Shown here: in pieces, positions 1-8,057 of the stretch
How the letters are laid out: the number at the start of each line of letters is the position of its first letter
Numbering within the stretch: the stretch's first letter is position 1
DNA from: a bacterium
GTDB lineage: Bacteria > SAR324 > NAC60-12
NCBI GenBank assembly: GCA_965233585.1
Contig: CBDDTI010000669.1
Span: forward strand, 1-12,055
Reading direction: 5' to 3'
Length of the DNA stretch: 12,055 nt
Position numbers and translations under genes: made by a program
Notes under the pieces: generated by a model
Seen by the model: only the letters and a program-made list of their open reading frames with translations
Databases searched by the model: none
What the model was told of the DNA's origin: nothing

Positions 1-350
1 ACGCTAATTTTGGCCGTTTTATTTACTGTAATAATTTTTTTTTCTCCTACTAGTACCATATATCATTTACTATTATCACTCTATTACTCTCTTTGTTACT
101 CTTTATTTACCGACATTTTCAGCCTATAGCTTTGTGCCATACATTTGTTTATCTTTTTGTACTATATATATAATATTACCTACTAGTTAAACATTAACTG
201 CCATTGTATACTATAATTCAAATTTAGAGCCGTTATTTTCTCTGTATTAGTACTGGCCCTGAAGAAGACTAGCTCTGCTAGTCGAAATATTGGCCCATAA
301 AAGTTTCAATTGCCCTTGCCGTAGTACCAGCCTTGCTATCAAATTTGTTT
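1..350 (+). mobile_element. Probable terminal-repeat remnant of a Penelope-like retroelement (or retrozyme) carrying the hammerhead motif
   Basis: Very T-rich non-coding segment ending in the hammerhead motif plus a ~55-nt tail. Minimal hammerheads in metazoans are characteristically found in PLE terminal repeats. No RT or GIY-YIG ORF is visible. Boundaries are approximate and the element may extend beyond the window start. Confidence 0.35.
255..295 (+). ncRNA. Minimal type I hammerhead ribozyme motif (Penelope-like element/retrozyme type)
   Basis: GGCC (255-258, stem I), CUGAAGA core (259-265), extra A, GACUAGC/UCU/GCUAGUC perfect 7-bp stem II (267-283), GAAA (284-287), UAUU (288-291; self-complementary AUAU as minimal stem III, NUH triplet AUU), then GGCC (292-295, stem I partner). 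All core nucleotides are present in the correct order. Confidence 0.65.
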
Positions 351-908
351 TGTTTACTGATCAGAAAAGCTTGAGCTTAAATTTGATATTGAGAGGCCTA
401 CTCTATATCTTTCAAATCTATTCGGTGACAGGGAATAAAAATTCTTGGAAAAAAGAAAGAGTTTGTTACCGTGAAGTGTCGGAAGTAACGAAAGTTGAGT
501 GACCTATGCCTGAGCTTATGTTCAGTTAGGCTTCTGCCAACCGCTCTTTTCTCTTAGGTTTAACTCGTAGTTAAAATTCATAAATTAGGATGACGAGACA
601 GCGATTACCTGGAACTTATTCCGGTTGACGTCTTTTTATCTCACATCGGCGTTCATTGTAACAAGGAGATCTACCGAAGTACTTCGCAATACGAATATCG
701 GTAACTGCAGTTGCCATATCGTTTTGCAAAAGATGAAGGCACATAATATATCCATAATATGGCTCAATAAATCAACGTATGGGTCAGTTTCCCCTCCTGA
801 TCTGGATGGAGTTCAATACGTTGTGCAGTGTACCTTAATACTGTGATAGTATTCATTGACGTAAATGTGTTGGAGTTTGATCTTCAGTCCTTTCCATCGC
901 GTGTCCCT

Positions 909-980
909 CACGTGCTGCGCTTGGGCAGAATTAATAATTTTACAACTTGATTTGTGTTATGCACACGTGTATTTGCTTAC
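909..980 (+). repeat. Diverged ~70-bp dispersed repeat, copy 1 (CACGTG-rich; copy 2 at 8708-8776)
   Basis: aacttgatttgtgttatgcacacgtgtatttgcttac here versus aatttgacttgtgttacacgcgtgcatttacttac in copy 2. The 5' parts cacgtgctgcgcttggg and cacgtgttacatttgga differ by transitions. Confidence 0.5.
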
Positions 981-1062
981 TTTCACTTACTGTGTTCCAC
1001 GTGCATGAGTTACGTAATATGTAAACAAAAAAAGCCGGTATCAATAAACTCGAAACTGCGAG

Positions 1063-1122
1063 CTCGTTCCCAGGGTCCTCTCTCTATTTTTTTTCGAGGA
1101 AGAGAGAGGACCCTGGGAAAGA
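1063..1122. mobile_element. Small hairpin MITE (CTCGTTCCCAGGGTC...GACCCTGGGAA type)
   Basis: Perfect 19-bp inverted repeat ttcccagggtcctctctct (1067-1085) / agagagaggaccctgggaa (1101-1119). It has the same terminal motif as the element at 1768-1875. Confidence 0.7.
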
Positions 1123-1136
1123 ATAATAACCATCTG

Positions 1137-1736
1137 AATGCAATGGTCACACTACACATCTCCACGGTCTGGCCTAACCTTCACCAAACCACCTAACCTG
1201 GGAAAGAGGTTGGGGTATTGTTCAACTCTTCTGTTTTGGCTGTAAACGAACAGTTACTGCAATGTTTGGATCTATGGCCTGTTGAAATGCGTGGCGTAAT
1301 CGACGTTCTGATCCACACCGTGGTCTACATGTGGTTGTAGAATGAATCAGTGCCATTTTACTGACCGTAAAAGAGGCATTATCACCACCTGCCTAAGTTT
1401 TATAAGAGGCCCAAATCCAACTTGACTCCATCTCTCCCCTCCCAACCCACTCGTTGAGAATCGAAAACCCGGGCGTAAATATACAGTTAAAATATGTTCT
1501 CCATTTTAGTAAGAATTGTCTTCTGCTCAAACATTTTTTTTGTTTGCGACATGAACCTCGAGCGTCAATTATATTCTCTTCATGAAAAATCAGTGTGGAA
1601 TTAATACTTTGCATTTTTGTGTAATTTGACTGCGATCGGTCTGTCCATGGCTGCCAATGCCCGGGTGATATGGCTGTGCGCATGCGTAAGGTACTGGCCA
1701 GACCGTGGGTTGGTGTTTGAGTGTGTCACTTGCTTT
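1137..1736. repeat. Inverted-repeat-bounded segment, possibly an old non-autonomous TIR element
   Basis: Perfect 13-bp IR ccacggtctggcc (1162-1174) / ggccagaccgtgg (1696-1708), extending imperfectly inward (acctt/aaggt) and outward (1137-1153 vs 1720-1736, 13/17 complementary). No TSD was identified. Confidence 0.45.
1654..1688 (+). promoter_or_regulatory. CCAAT box plus NRF1-like palindrome (candidate promoter motifs, possibly transposon-borne)
   Basis: CCAAT at 1654-1658 and TGCGCATGCGTA at 1677-1688 (NRF1 consensus YGCGCAYGCGCR, 1 mismatch) in a locally GC-richer patch. Motif match only. Confidence 0.25.
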
Positions 1737-1767
1737 TATTGTTGATCAATAAGTGTTGACTGTTGTT

Positions 1768-1875
1768 CAACCTTGTTCCTAGGGTCTCTCACCTCCTCCC
1801 GAGGAGGGACCCGGGTCTATTCACGCTCCTTCCAGAGGGGCAGATAACATGAAAGAGACCCTGGGAACTAGGTTG
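1768..1875. mobile_element. 108-bp MITE with 22-bp TIRs (CAACC...GGTTG)
   Basis: caaccttgttcctagggtctct (1768-1789) vs agagaccctgggaactaggttg (1854-1875), 20/22 complementary. Flanks actgttgtt (1759-1767) and actgttaag (1876-1884) resemble a decayed 9-bp TSD. Confidence 0.75.
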
Positions 1876-2552
1876 ACTGTTAAGTTGTTTGGCATTTACC
1901 TTTGGTCATCTTCGTGTTGACAAATCACTGTTGTGGAAACGGCATCCAGTTTGCGAGTTTAGTGTACTGATACAATGTAAACGTAATTTCAAGTTTCCTT
2001 AACTTGAACAACTTAATGCTTGGTACTTAGACACTTAAACTGAATAGTTTTTCATTTATTTGATAGTTCGTTATTTATTTAGCAGTAAAGGAGTTTTCGC
2101 CGGACGTTTAGGGTAAACAAAGTATATTATAAACTAACAGTTAGAAACTAAAAGCGAGCGTCATACAAGTTAACATATTCTATTCACTTAGTACCTGGGA
2201 AACTATTCCAAAGACAAAAAGGGCGCCACAGCTAAATTGTTAATTGACTTTAAGCAATAAATCTGAGTGAGTTTAGCTTTATGTGGTTAAGGTATATCGT
2301 AATGCGTCAATAGTGTCTCCAATTAGTTTTCTTTCAGCTAAATACTATTGGCACTTTAATTAAGTCTTTCATCCATTCATTCATTCAGTCAAGCGAGGCT
2401 TTTATAAACCTATTACTATTACATCGACGTTTTTTTCGCGTTTCTTTGCCGAGAAGTCCGACAGTCCGACAGTAGTGACCTCGAGTATTTAACTTGGAAA
2501 AAAAAAAAAAGAAAGAAAAGTTTCGATGACTCCTCATAAAGCTTCATAACCA

Positions 2553-2947
2553 TTAAGTCAAGGGTGGAATAACAAAAATTCTACCCCCAGCTTGATATTT
2601 GACTTGGATGACCCATTACCGCCCCCAAATTTGCAACTAGCCAATCAGAAGCCGTTCTTGTTTACCTGATCCTGAAGCTATGCGAAAACAAGTCATTGAC
2701 CAAATAAGGCTGGATTTTTGGCAAAATATGTGCGCGGTAACTTTAGATGTCGGAAACTCGCTTTTTCATGTGTTTACGCCGAGCACAGTCTGATGAAGCT
2801 TATAGTGCGTGAAAGTCAGAAATTTTCTATAAGAATATTATGTGTACATACACGTAGATTGGCTTATTTTGATGTAAGAAACATTCTATTCATTCCGCAT
2901 TGTCTGTTATCTGATTAAATGGGTGACTGTTCCTAAAAACAACTTAG
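2553..2947. mobile_element. Putative non-autonomous DNA transposon bounded by TTAA/TTAG (Kolobok-like?)
   Basis: Starts TTAAGT...GGAATAAC and ends TGTTCC...ACTTAG (weak imperfect TIR), with internal CCAATCAG (2641-2648). It resembles an interspersed coral repeat as recalled from memory; superfamily unverified. Confidence 0.4.
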
Positions 2948-3156
2948 CAATGGATCCGTCTACATGGGGTGCACTTTATAGCTCAGACCTAACGAATATT
3001 ACGTAATGAATATCCAAAAGTAAAGATAGGGAAAAAACTGTTACTATAGTAAATTACAAAGGCTAACTCTTATACATCTTGTACTAACCTGAACGCTATT
3101 TGATGCGCAAGTTTGTAGGCAAATTGATCAAATCGTTCTCCAACAGTAACATAGAA

Positions 3157-3505
3157 CCGGGGGTACTCCCTTAAATGGGCTACATAGGAATGTGAGTCCC
3201 CAAAAGGGTATGGTCTTAAGTATTTTGGTCAGAAATAAGGTGTCGCTTCTGTCCATATTTTGATCTCGAATAGGGTATGGTTTTTGTACTCTAGTTTTGA
3301 ATTAGGAATGCTCTTGTAGAAGAAACTATCCCAGTTATTAAAAGATTAAAAACATTGTTCTGAACTAGGGAACTGACTAAAAGGCAGGTCTGAAACAGGA
3401 GATTCCTTTAAAGGTAATAAAAAGGGCAGAGAAAATCGCAGATTTTGGTCTGAAATAGGGTAACGGGAAGCGGCTCGCACACTTACACCCAATTTTTTTA
3501 GTGTA
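3157..3505. mobile_element. Degenerate MITE with CCGGGGGTACTCCC terminus and subterminal GGTCTGAAATAGGGT-like repeats (EnSpm/CACTA-like architecture)
   Basis: Left end ccgggggtactccc (3157-3170). At least five variant copies of the ggtctgaaatagggt motif near 3227, 3262, 3357, 3387 and 3447. The right TIR (expected GAGTACCCCCGG) is eroded. Confidence 0.55.
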
Positions 3506-3584
3506 TGTACAAGTTGTTTTTGTGTTTTGCCGTTTATTGCGTACGTGCCCGTGAAACTAACTTTAGCATTGTTAAATTAGCTAA

Positions 3585-4198
3585 ATTTTTGCGTTTATTG
3601 TATTCCGTTGTTTTTGCTGCTGTTTGTTTCCTCGTTCCTCAGTAACGCGCGCTTTTCACTGAAATCGTCTTAGAGCCGACTGGCTCATAGCTACCGGAGC
3701 TTATTCCGGTTTCTGTAGCGTGGAGCGGCTAGGAGTATTTCTACTCCCCCTGGACGGAATGCGGACGGAGTCCATCACAGACGGAGTCCATCTCAAGTCA
3801 CTTCCCCGCATTCGGTAGATTTCCCCAACAATTCGCCAGTGTCCACTCGCTAAATAAACCCAGAACTAATGTGTTCATTACGTAATGGCGTAACGCGTTC
3901 ACTCACATGTCAGTAACGCTATTTACAGAGGCCAGTCGCTAAATGAACCAGAACTAAACTAGTTTATTACGTAATCGTAACGCGTTTGCTTTCACCAGTC
4001 GCTGCATTTTTGCGGTTTTTTGGCATTTCCGTAATCTGTTGTTTTCGTCGCTGTTTGTGTCTTTGTTCCTTGTTTGTTTCGCGGTTTTTGTAATAAAAAT
4101 GAGTGAAAGGCAAAAACCAGAATTAACCTGTTTATTACGTAACCGTGACTACTTTATTCACTCGTGTCAGTAACGCTATTTAGAGAAGCCAGTCGCTA
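3585..4198. repeat. Degenerate tandem array with ~89-bp core unit, interrupted by a SINE fragment
   Basis: tcgctaaat.aaccagaactaa...ttattacgtaa...cgtaacgcgtt at 3847 and 3936 (period 89), with a third copy from ~4114. gtcagtaacgctattta.aga.gccagtcgcta occurs at 3909-3941 and 4166-4198. The T-rich block at 3585-3660 resembles 4006-4070. Confidence 0.7.
3673..3846 (-). mobile_element. 5'-truncated SINE fragment (3' part of a cnidarian tRNA-derived SINE), reverse orientation
   Basis: gagcc...ccggagcttattccggtttctgtagcgtggagcggctaggagtatttctactccccctggacggaatgc...gtccatc...attcgccagtgtcca matches the antisense 3' half of an abundant coral SINE as recalled from memory. It is GC-richer than its flanks and lacks a tRNA head (A/B boxes). 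Confidence 0.6.
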
Positions 4199-5203
4199 GA
4201 TTAAACGCAACACAGTGTATGATACGCTTCCCGAAGTGAACTGGAAATTTAACTCGAACCTGAAAAAAATGTTCAACTTAAAGTTTCGTGATCAATGCTT
4301 GAACGTGACCCTAAGGGCGGCACCTTTTAAGTACCCTGTCAACAATCAATTCAATACATTGAAAATTACACATTGACATCAAAACAAGAATTATTTTAAT
4401 GCCATCTAATAAAAATGTCACTGGCACGCGTAAAAAACATGTGCAAGAAATTTTACCAGCGCTATATAAATGCTAACGTTTACCCTATTTTCTCCATTCT
4501 CAAGAAGAAGCCTTCCTGTGATTACTTCAAAAGTGAAGACTGACGTTGGTCATTTTGCGCTTAACAATTTTTTGGGTCGTTTGATCGTCAGGGGTAAGTT
4601 CCTTTAGCTGTTGTCTGAGGAAACTCAAACGCTTGTGGCCTTGTTGTTTTTTGTACAATCTCAGTGCTAGTGAAGTGACATCAAATCTATACTTTCACTT
4701 TATTGCATATCTCGAGGACAGTGGGCAACTAATAGCACCCACTGCCTCGTCGCGATTTTACTAGTGATCACCAGTGTATGGAATCTAGATGTGATATTTC
4801 CTGAAAGTGACTGTGTTCCCCTCTGTTCGTACTTTTTATCTCCCCCTTTGTTTAACCAAAAGTTCGATCTTGTTAAAATTGATATCAAAGAACTATGTAC
4901 CACGTTGCAGTGGAACCTCTCAAAGATAACGACATTGGAGAAAAATTTAGGCTTTAGTAGGAAGGTTTCGTCAAGAGCAAAAAACATAGTTTCATCCAGG
5001 TTCGGCATATCAACTCAGTCCTGAACGAAAGTTTTATAAAAATAGCCACTGTTTAGAGGTCGGTGTTTTTACAAGCAGAAACGTTCGATGAAAATTTCGA
5101 ATTTTCACAGAAAATGAAGAAATAGTCCAGTTTTTGTCCCAATTTCAGCTTTGCTCATTAACTTTGCTTGTTTTTCCAACTCAGAGATTTTTCAGATTTC
5201 AGA

Positions 5204-5550
5204 TTTTTTTTATTATTATGCACTATTTACAAAATATAACATTATCAACATTTACAGAAATTACAAGAAATACAAAATAAAGAAATTAAACAATACATAT
5301 CCAGAAAAATTGTGCTCAGTGACCAAAGTAGCATAAGCTTTCGTGTTGGTCACTGACACGTACAAAACAATTAGCATGACACATCAATTAGTTACAATAA
5401 AAATAGAAATTATATACATATATGAACAGTAAATGCATAAAAACATGGCAGATCATAGATAAGCTAATATACAGGTTGTTCGGAAGATTGCATGGTTAAA
5501 AGGTATAGTTTATATTGATTACAGAAAGAAGAATACGGCAGTCTTTTAAT
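5204..5550 (-). mobile_element. Probable LINE (L2/CR1-group) 3' UTR remnant with stem-loop and A-rich tail
   Basis: The minus strand ends in ...cataataataaaaaaaa (AATAAA plus A run). Stem-loop tcagtgaccaa (5316-5326) / ttggtcactga (5346-5356) with inner agc-ataa-gct hairpin lies ~110 nt from the tail, in strongly strand-skewed sequence. No RT ORF; the 5' boundary is uncertain. Confidence 0.4.
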
Positions 5551-6152
5551 ATTTGTTGGAATAGTTTCCAAAGTTGAGATGAAACAAAAGCGAAAGTAGA
5601 GGTCCCATAATTATTATTTACTTTTGGCCTATGAAAATTTAATTAAGAGGCAAATCTGGTATTGTAGGTGTCCTCGTAAAAAAAGCTTTAGTGATTGAGA
5701 CATTTCAATTTCGTCCTTGAAGACTGATTAGTGAAATGAAAAGCTTTTCTCAAATCTCCATGAATGAATATTGCTGTTAGTGTCGATGTTTTTCGTTTCT
5801 TAGCTATCGGTAAATTTTTCAGATGACAGATCTTACATATCTAATAAGCGGCTCCATTTGATCAGACCCGTTTAAGACTGATTAAACGGCTAACCTAAGA
5901 GTTCATTTTAAATTAACCTTTGACCAAAACAATATCTGATGAAACTAAATGAGCTCCGTCAGGTGTTATTTTGAATGTTTTCGCCACATACAAAATTACA
6001 TTACCTTCAAATTCAAAACTGAAAAAAAAGCATCAAATAGATATTAAGAAACCATGATGAAACAAGGATGGTTAAGGATGGAGAAGATTAAAATGGATTA
6101 CAATCGACGACCTCGTAAAATTTGGGCTTAACTTTTCAAGATGTGCAAGGCA

Positions 6153-6194
6153 TGACGTGGCTCCTTTCATCTGGAATATGATGACGTCACGTGA
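6153..6194. promoter_or_regulatory. Clustered bZIP/bHLH motifs: TGACGTGG, perfect CRE TGACGTCA overlapping TCACGTGA
   Basis: TGACGTGG 6153-6160, TGACGTCA 6182-6189 and TCACGTGA 6187-6194, ~530 bp upstream of the ATG. This may instead be a MITE terminal remnant (TTTTCACGTGACGTCAT on the minus strand). Confidence 0.3.
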
Positions 6195-6365
6195 AAAGCG
6201 GCAAAAGACTACTTCGGAGATGGAAGGCGAAATACTCTGTCTTGCTAACTTTCCTAACATGCTTCATCAGCTGAAAAAGTGATTAACGGGCGACAGTTTT
6301 CCGACTTTTTTAAGACACCATTAAAACGAGATGTCCACATTATCAAGTCGATTGAAAAATCAATT

Positions 6366-6446
6366 AAAACAATTATTCCAATTGCCATTGTTAGATACGA
6401 GATGTTTATAACAAACACATGTCACGCCAAATGTCCCCTGGTTATT
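6366..6446. repeat. Decayed fragment of an interspersed repeat (AACAATTATTCC...GATAYGAGATG type)
   Basis: aaacaattattccaattgccattgttagatacgagatgtttataac resembles the end of a common coral repeat as recalled from memory. No partner terminus was seen. Confidence 0.3.
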
Positions 6447-6690
6447 GTTCGAAGAGTCAGAAAACTCATACGCTATAGATGACTGTTGTTTTCGCTGCTA
6501 AGTTTTAATCAGCACTGACACTTTCTCCTGCCCGCTCCCAACCTACTCTCATGCATAACAGGGTTATTGAGTCATTTATGCTAATTTAAAAGTGCTCGTC
6601 TTCTCGTTTCTGCACAAAAGGCTTTACTTTAAAACTATACCTTCGGATGACTTATTTATGATTCAGTAATACTGCAGACGAAATAGACCT

Positions 6691-6714
6691 TATTCTTTTT
6701 TTTTAATTTTACAG
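6691..6714 (+). other. 3' splice acceptor of a 5'-UTR intron of the HNMT-like gene
   Basis: tattctttttttttaattttacag| polypyrimidine tract plus CAG ending at 6714, 7 nt before the ATG. An in-frame TGA at 6716-6718 shows that any upstream exon spliced here cannot extend the ORF. Confidence 0.7.
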
Positions 6715-6721
6715 TTGAAAG

Positions 6722-7648
6722 ATGCCTCAACGCAAGACTTCAATTTTCTCTTCGAATCCTGAAGAAAATTCCCACTCCTTTCAAAGCTTTCTAGCATTGT
6801 CTAACCAAGAGAGTACCATTTTAAGCTGCATCAAGGAGCACATCTTTCCTCTGATCGACGAAGGAATTTGTGAGATTCTGAACACTCGTACGTCAAACGG
6901 TTCACCATTTCGTGTGCTCAGTGTTGGAAGCGGAGAGGGTCAAAATGACATCAACATTCTGAAAGCCCTGACTGACAACAAGCGCCGCGTGGATGGAGAA
7001 GCCATTGCAGTGATGAACCGGGTCGTTGAACCACACCTGGGCAGGCTGGACAGGTTTCGTTCAAAAACTGAGAAGCTGCATGAATATTTCCAAGGACGAG
7101 CAACCATTGACTTTGAATGGATGCCCACGACATTCCAAGAATACACGTCACAGAAGAAGGCACATGACGTTACCTTTGATCTGATTCATTTCACACACAG
7201 CATCTATTACGTGGAAGTAGAAGAAGCACTGGTCCACTGTTACGAGAAAGAGCTTGGCAAAGCAGGCATCATCATCTCCATCGCTCAAGCCGAAGACGAC
7301 CCTATGCTGAAGTTCGCCCGCAAATTCCCTGAACAGCGGAGCCCTTCATTCCCCAGGAATAAGGATGTCGTTTCTGTAGCGATCAAGAGAGGGTGGAAAT
7401 TTTTCGCGTGTCCAGGCGATTCTAACAGCCTTGACATCACAACCATTTTCGACAGCTCTTCACGCGAAGGGAACTATCTCTTGGATTTTTTAACGAATCG
7501 AGTACAACTGCGACAAAACGAAGGAATGGAAACTGTTAGAAAGATCTTGAAGTTTTGGAAACAACAGTCGTTTGTGAACGCAGAAGGGAGAAGAATTGTG
7601 GACATTCGAGACCATGCAGTGATCATTGTGAAAGGATTTGATCATTAG
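6722..7648 (+). CDS. HNMT: Histamine N-methyltransferase-like class I SAM-dependent methyltransferase (308 aa, uninterrupted CDS)
   Basis: SAM motif I RVLSVGSGEG. NRVVEP (cf. human NEVVEP), FEWMPTTFQEY (cf. FAWHKETSSEY), FDLIHFTHSIYYV (cf. WDFIHMIQMLYYV), LDITTIFDSSSREGNYLLDFLT (cf. [22 protein letters not shown]), and N-terminal SFQSFLALS (cf. SFRRFLNHS). Start context aagATG, stop TAG. Family assignment is confident; orthology and substrate are not. Confidence 0.92.
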   Translation: MPQRKTSIFSSNPEENSHSFQSFLALSNQESTILSCIKEHIFPLIDEGICEILNTRTSNGSPFRVLSVGSGEGQNDINILKALTDNKRRVDGEAIAVMNRVVEPHLGRLDRFRSKTEKLHEYFQGRATIDFEWMPTTFQEYTSQKKAHDVTFDLIHFTHSIYYVEVEEALVHCYEKELGKAGIIISIAQAEDDPMLKFARKFPEQRSPSFPRNKDVVSVAIKRGWKFFACPGDSNSLDITTIFDSSSREGNYLLDFLTNRVQLRQNEGMETVRKILKFWKQQSFVNAEGRRIVDIRDHAVIIVKGFDH

Positions 7649-8001
7649 GAGGACCTTCTAAGATAAGTTACAATTTAGCTGTCCCCATACGAGGAACTAT
7701 ACTTTCTAAATCAATTTAATATATGGCAAGAATGCCAAGAACTCGTAGAGTTTATTCTATTTATGTAGTGTTCTGGGAAAGCACTATAGAGCTTTGCTTT
7801 GAACTGTACATCCATAAAAAAGCAAAAGCTAAAACTTGCTCTGCTTTTTCGTTGACGTTTTTCACTTTTTTGACGTACTTTGTAAATTTCGAACTCTTTT
7901 TAGTAAGGCGACATATTAAGGATATATTCAAAGATTGACCTGATTTCGCAAGAACATCTCATGCATCTCGTGCTTCCTATGTATTATTTTGATAGCAAAC
8001 G

Positions 8002-8057
8002 ATTAAACACAACATTGCATAATAGTATTTTTAAACGAACTTTATGGTTCCATTAAA
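8002..8057 (+). terminator. Candidate polyadenylation signals (ATTAAA x2) for the HNMT-like transcript
   Basis: ATTAAA at 8002-8007 and 8052-8057. No canonical AATAAA was noticed closer to the stop codon. Motif only. Confidence 0.25.

Noticed and set aside
606..626. ~20-bp similarity (tacctggaacttattccggtt) to the SINE fragment near 3692-3711
   Set aside because: Too short to call as a separate SINE copy.
2366..2518. (ATTC)n tract, agtccgac tandem duplication (2455-2470) and poly-A run
   Set aside because: Ordinary simple repeats with no further structure.
2790..2820. Second hammerhead candidate CUGAUGA...GAAAGUC
   Set aside because: No proper stem II closing next to GAAA and no stem I pairing; it lies inside a putative DNA-transposon repeat.
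290..2918. Short ORFs of 66-96 aa (290, 625, 954, 1393, 2718)
   Set aside because: Mostly non-ATG starts, several overlap repeats, and none has recognisable motifs.
5312..5359. SECIS element interpretation of the stem-loop
   Set aside because: Lacks the AUGA/GA quartet and is not in the 3' UTR of a UGA-containing ORF.
5868..5889. 8-bp hairpin ccgtttaa/ttaaacgg
   Set aside because: A short AT-rich stem expected by chance; no terminator role applies in a eukaryote.
6242..6273. Minus-strand CUGAUGA...GAAAGUU hammerhead candidate
   Set aside because: The segment between the core halves (gcauguuag) cannot form stem II.
6940..7163. Two antisense ORFs within the HNMT-like CDS
   Set aside because: Shadow ORFs of the real coding strand.
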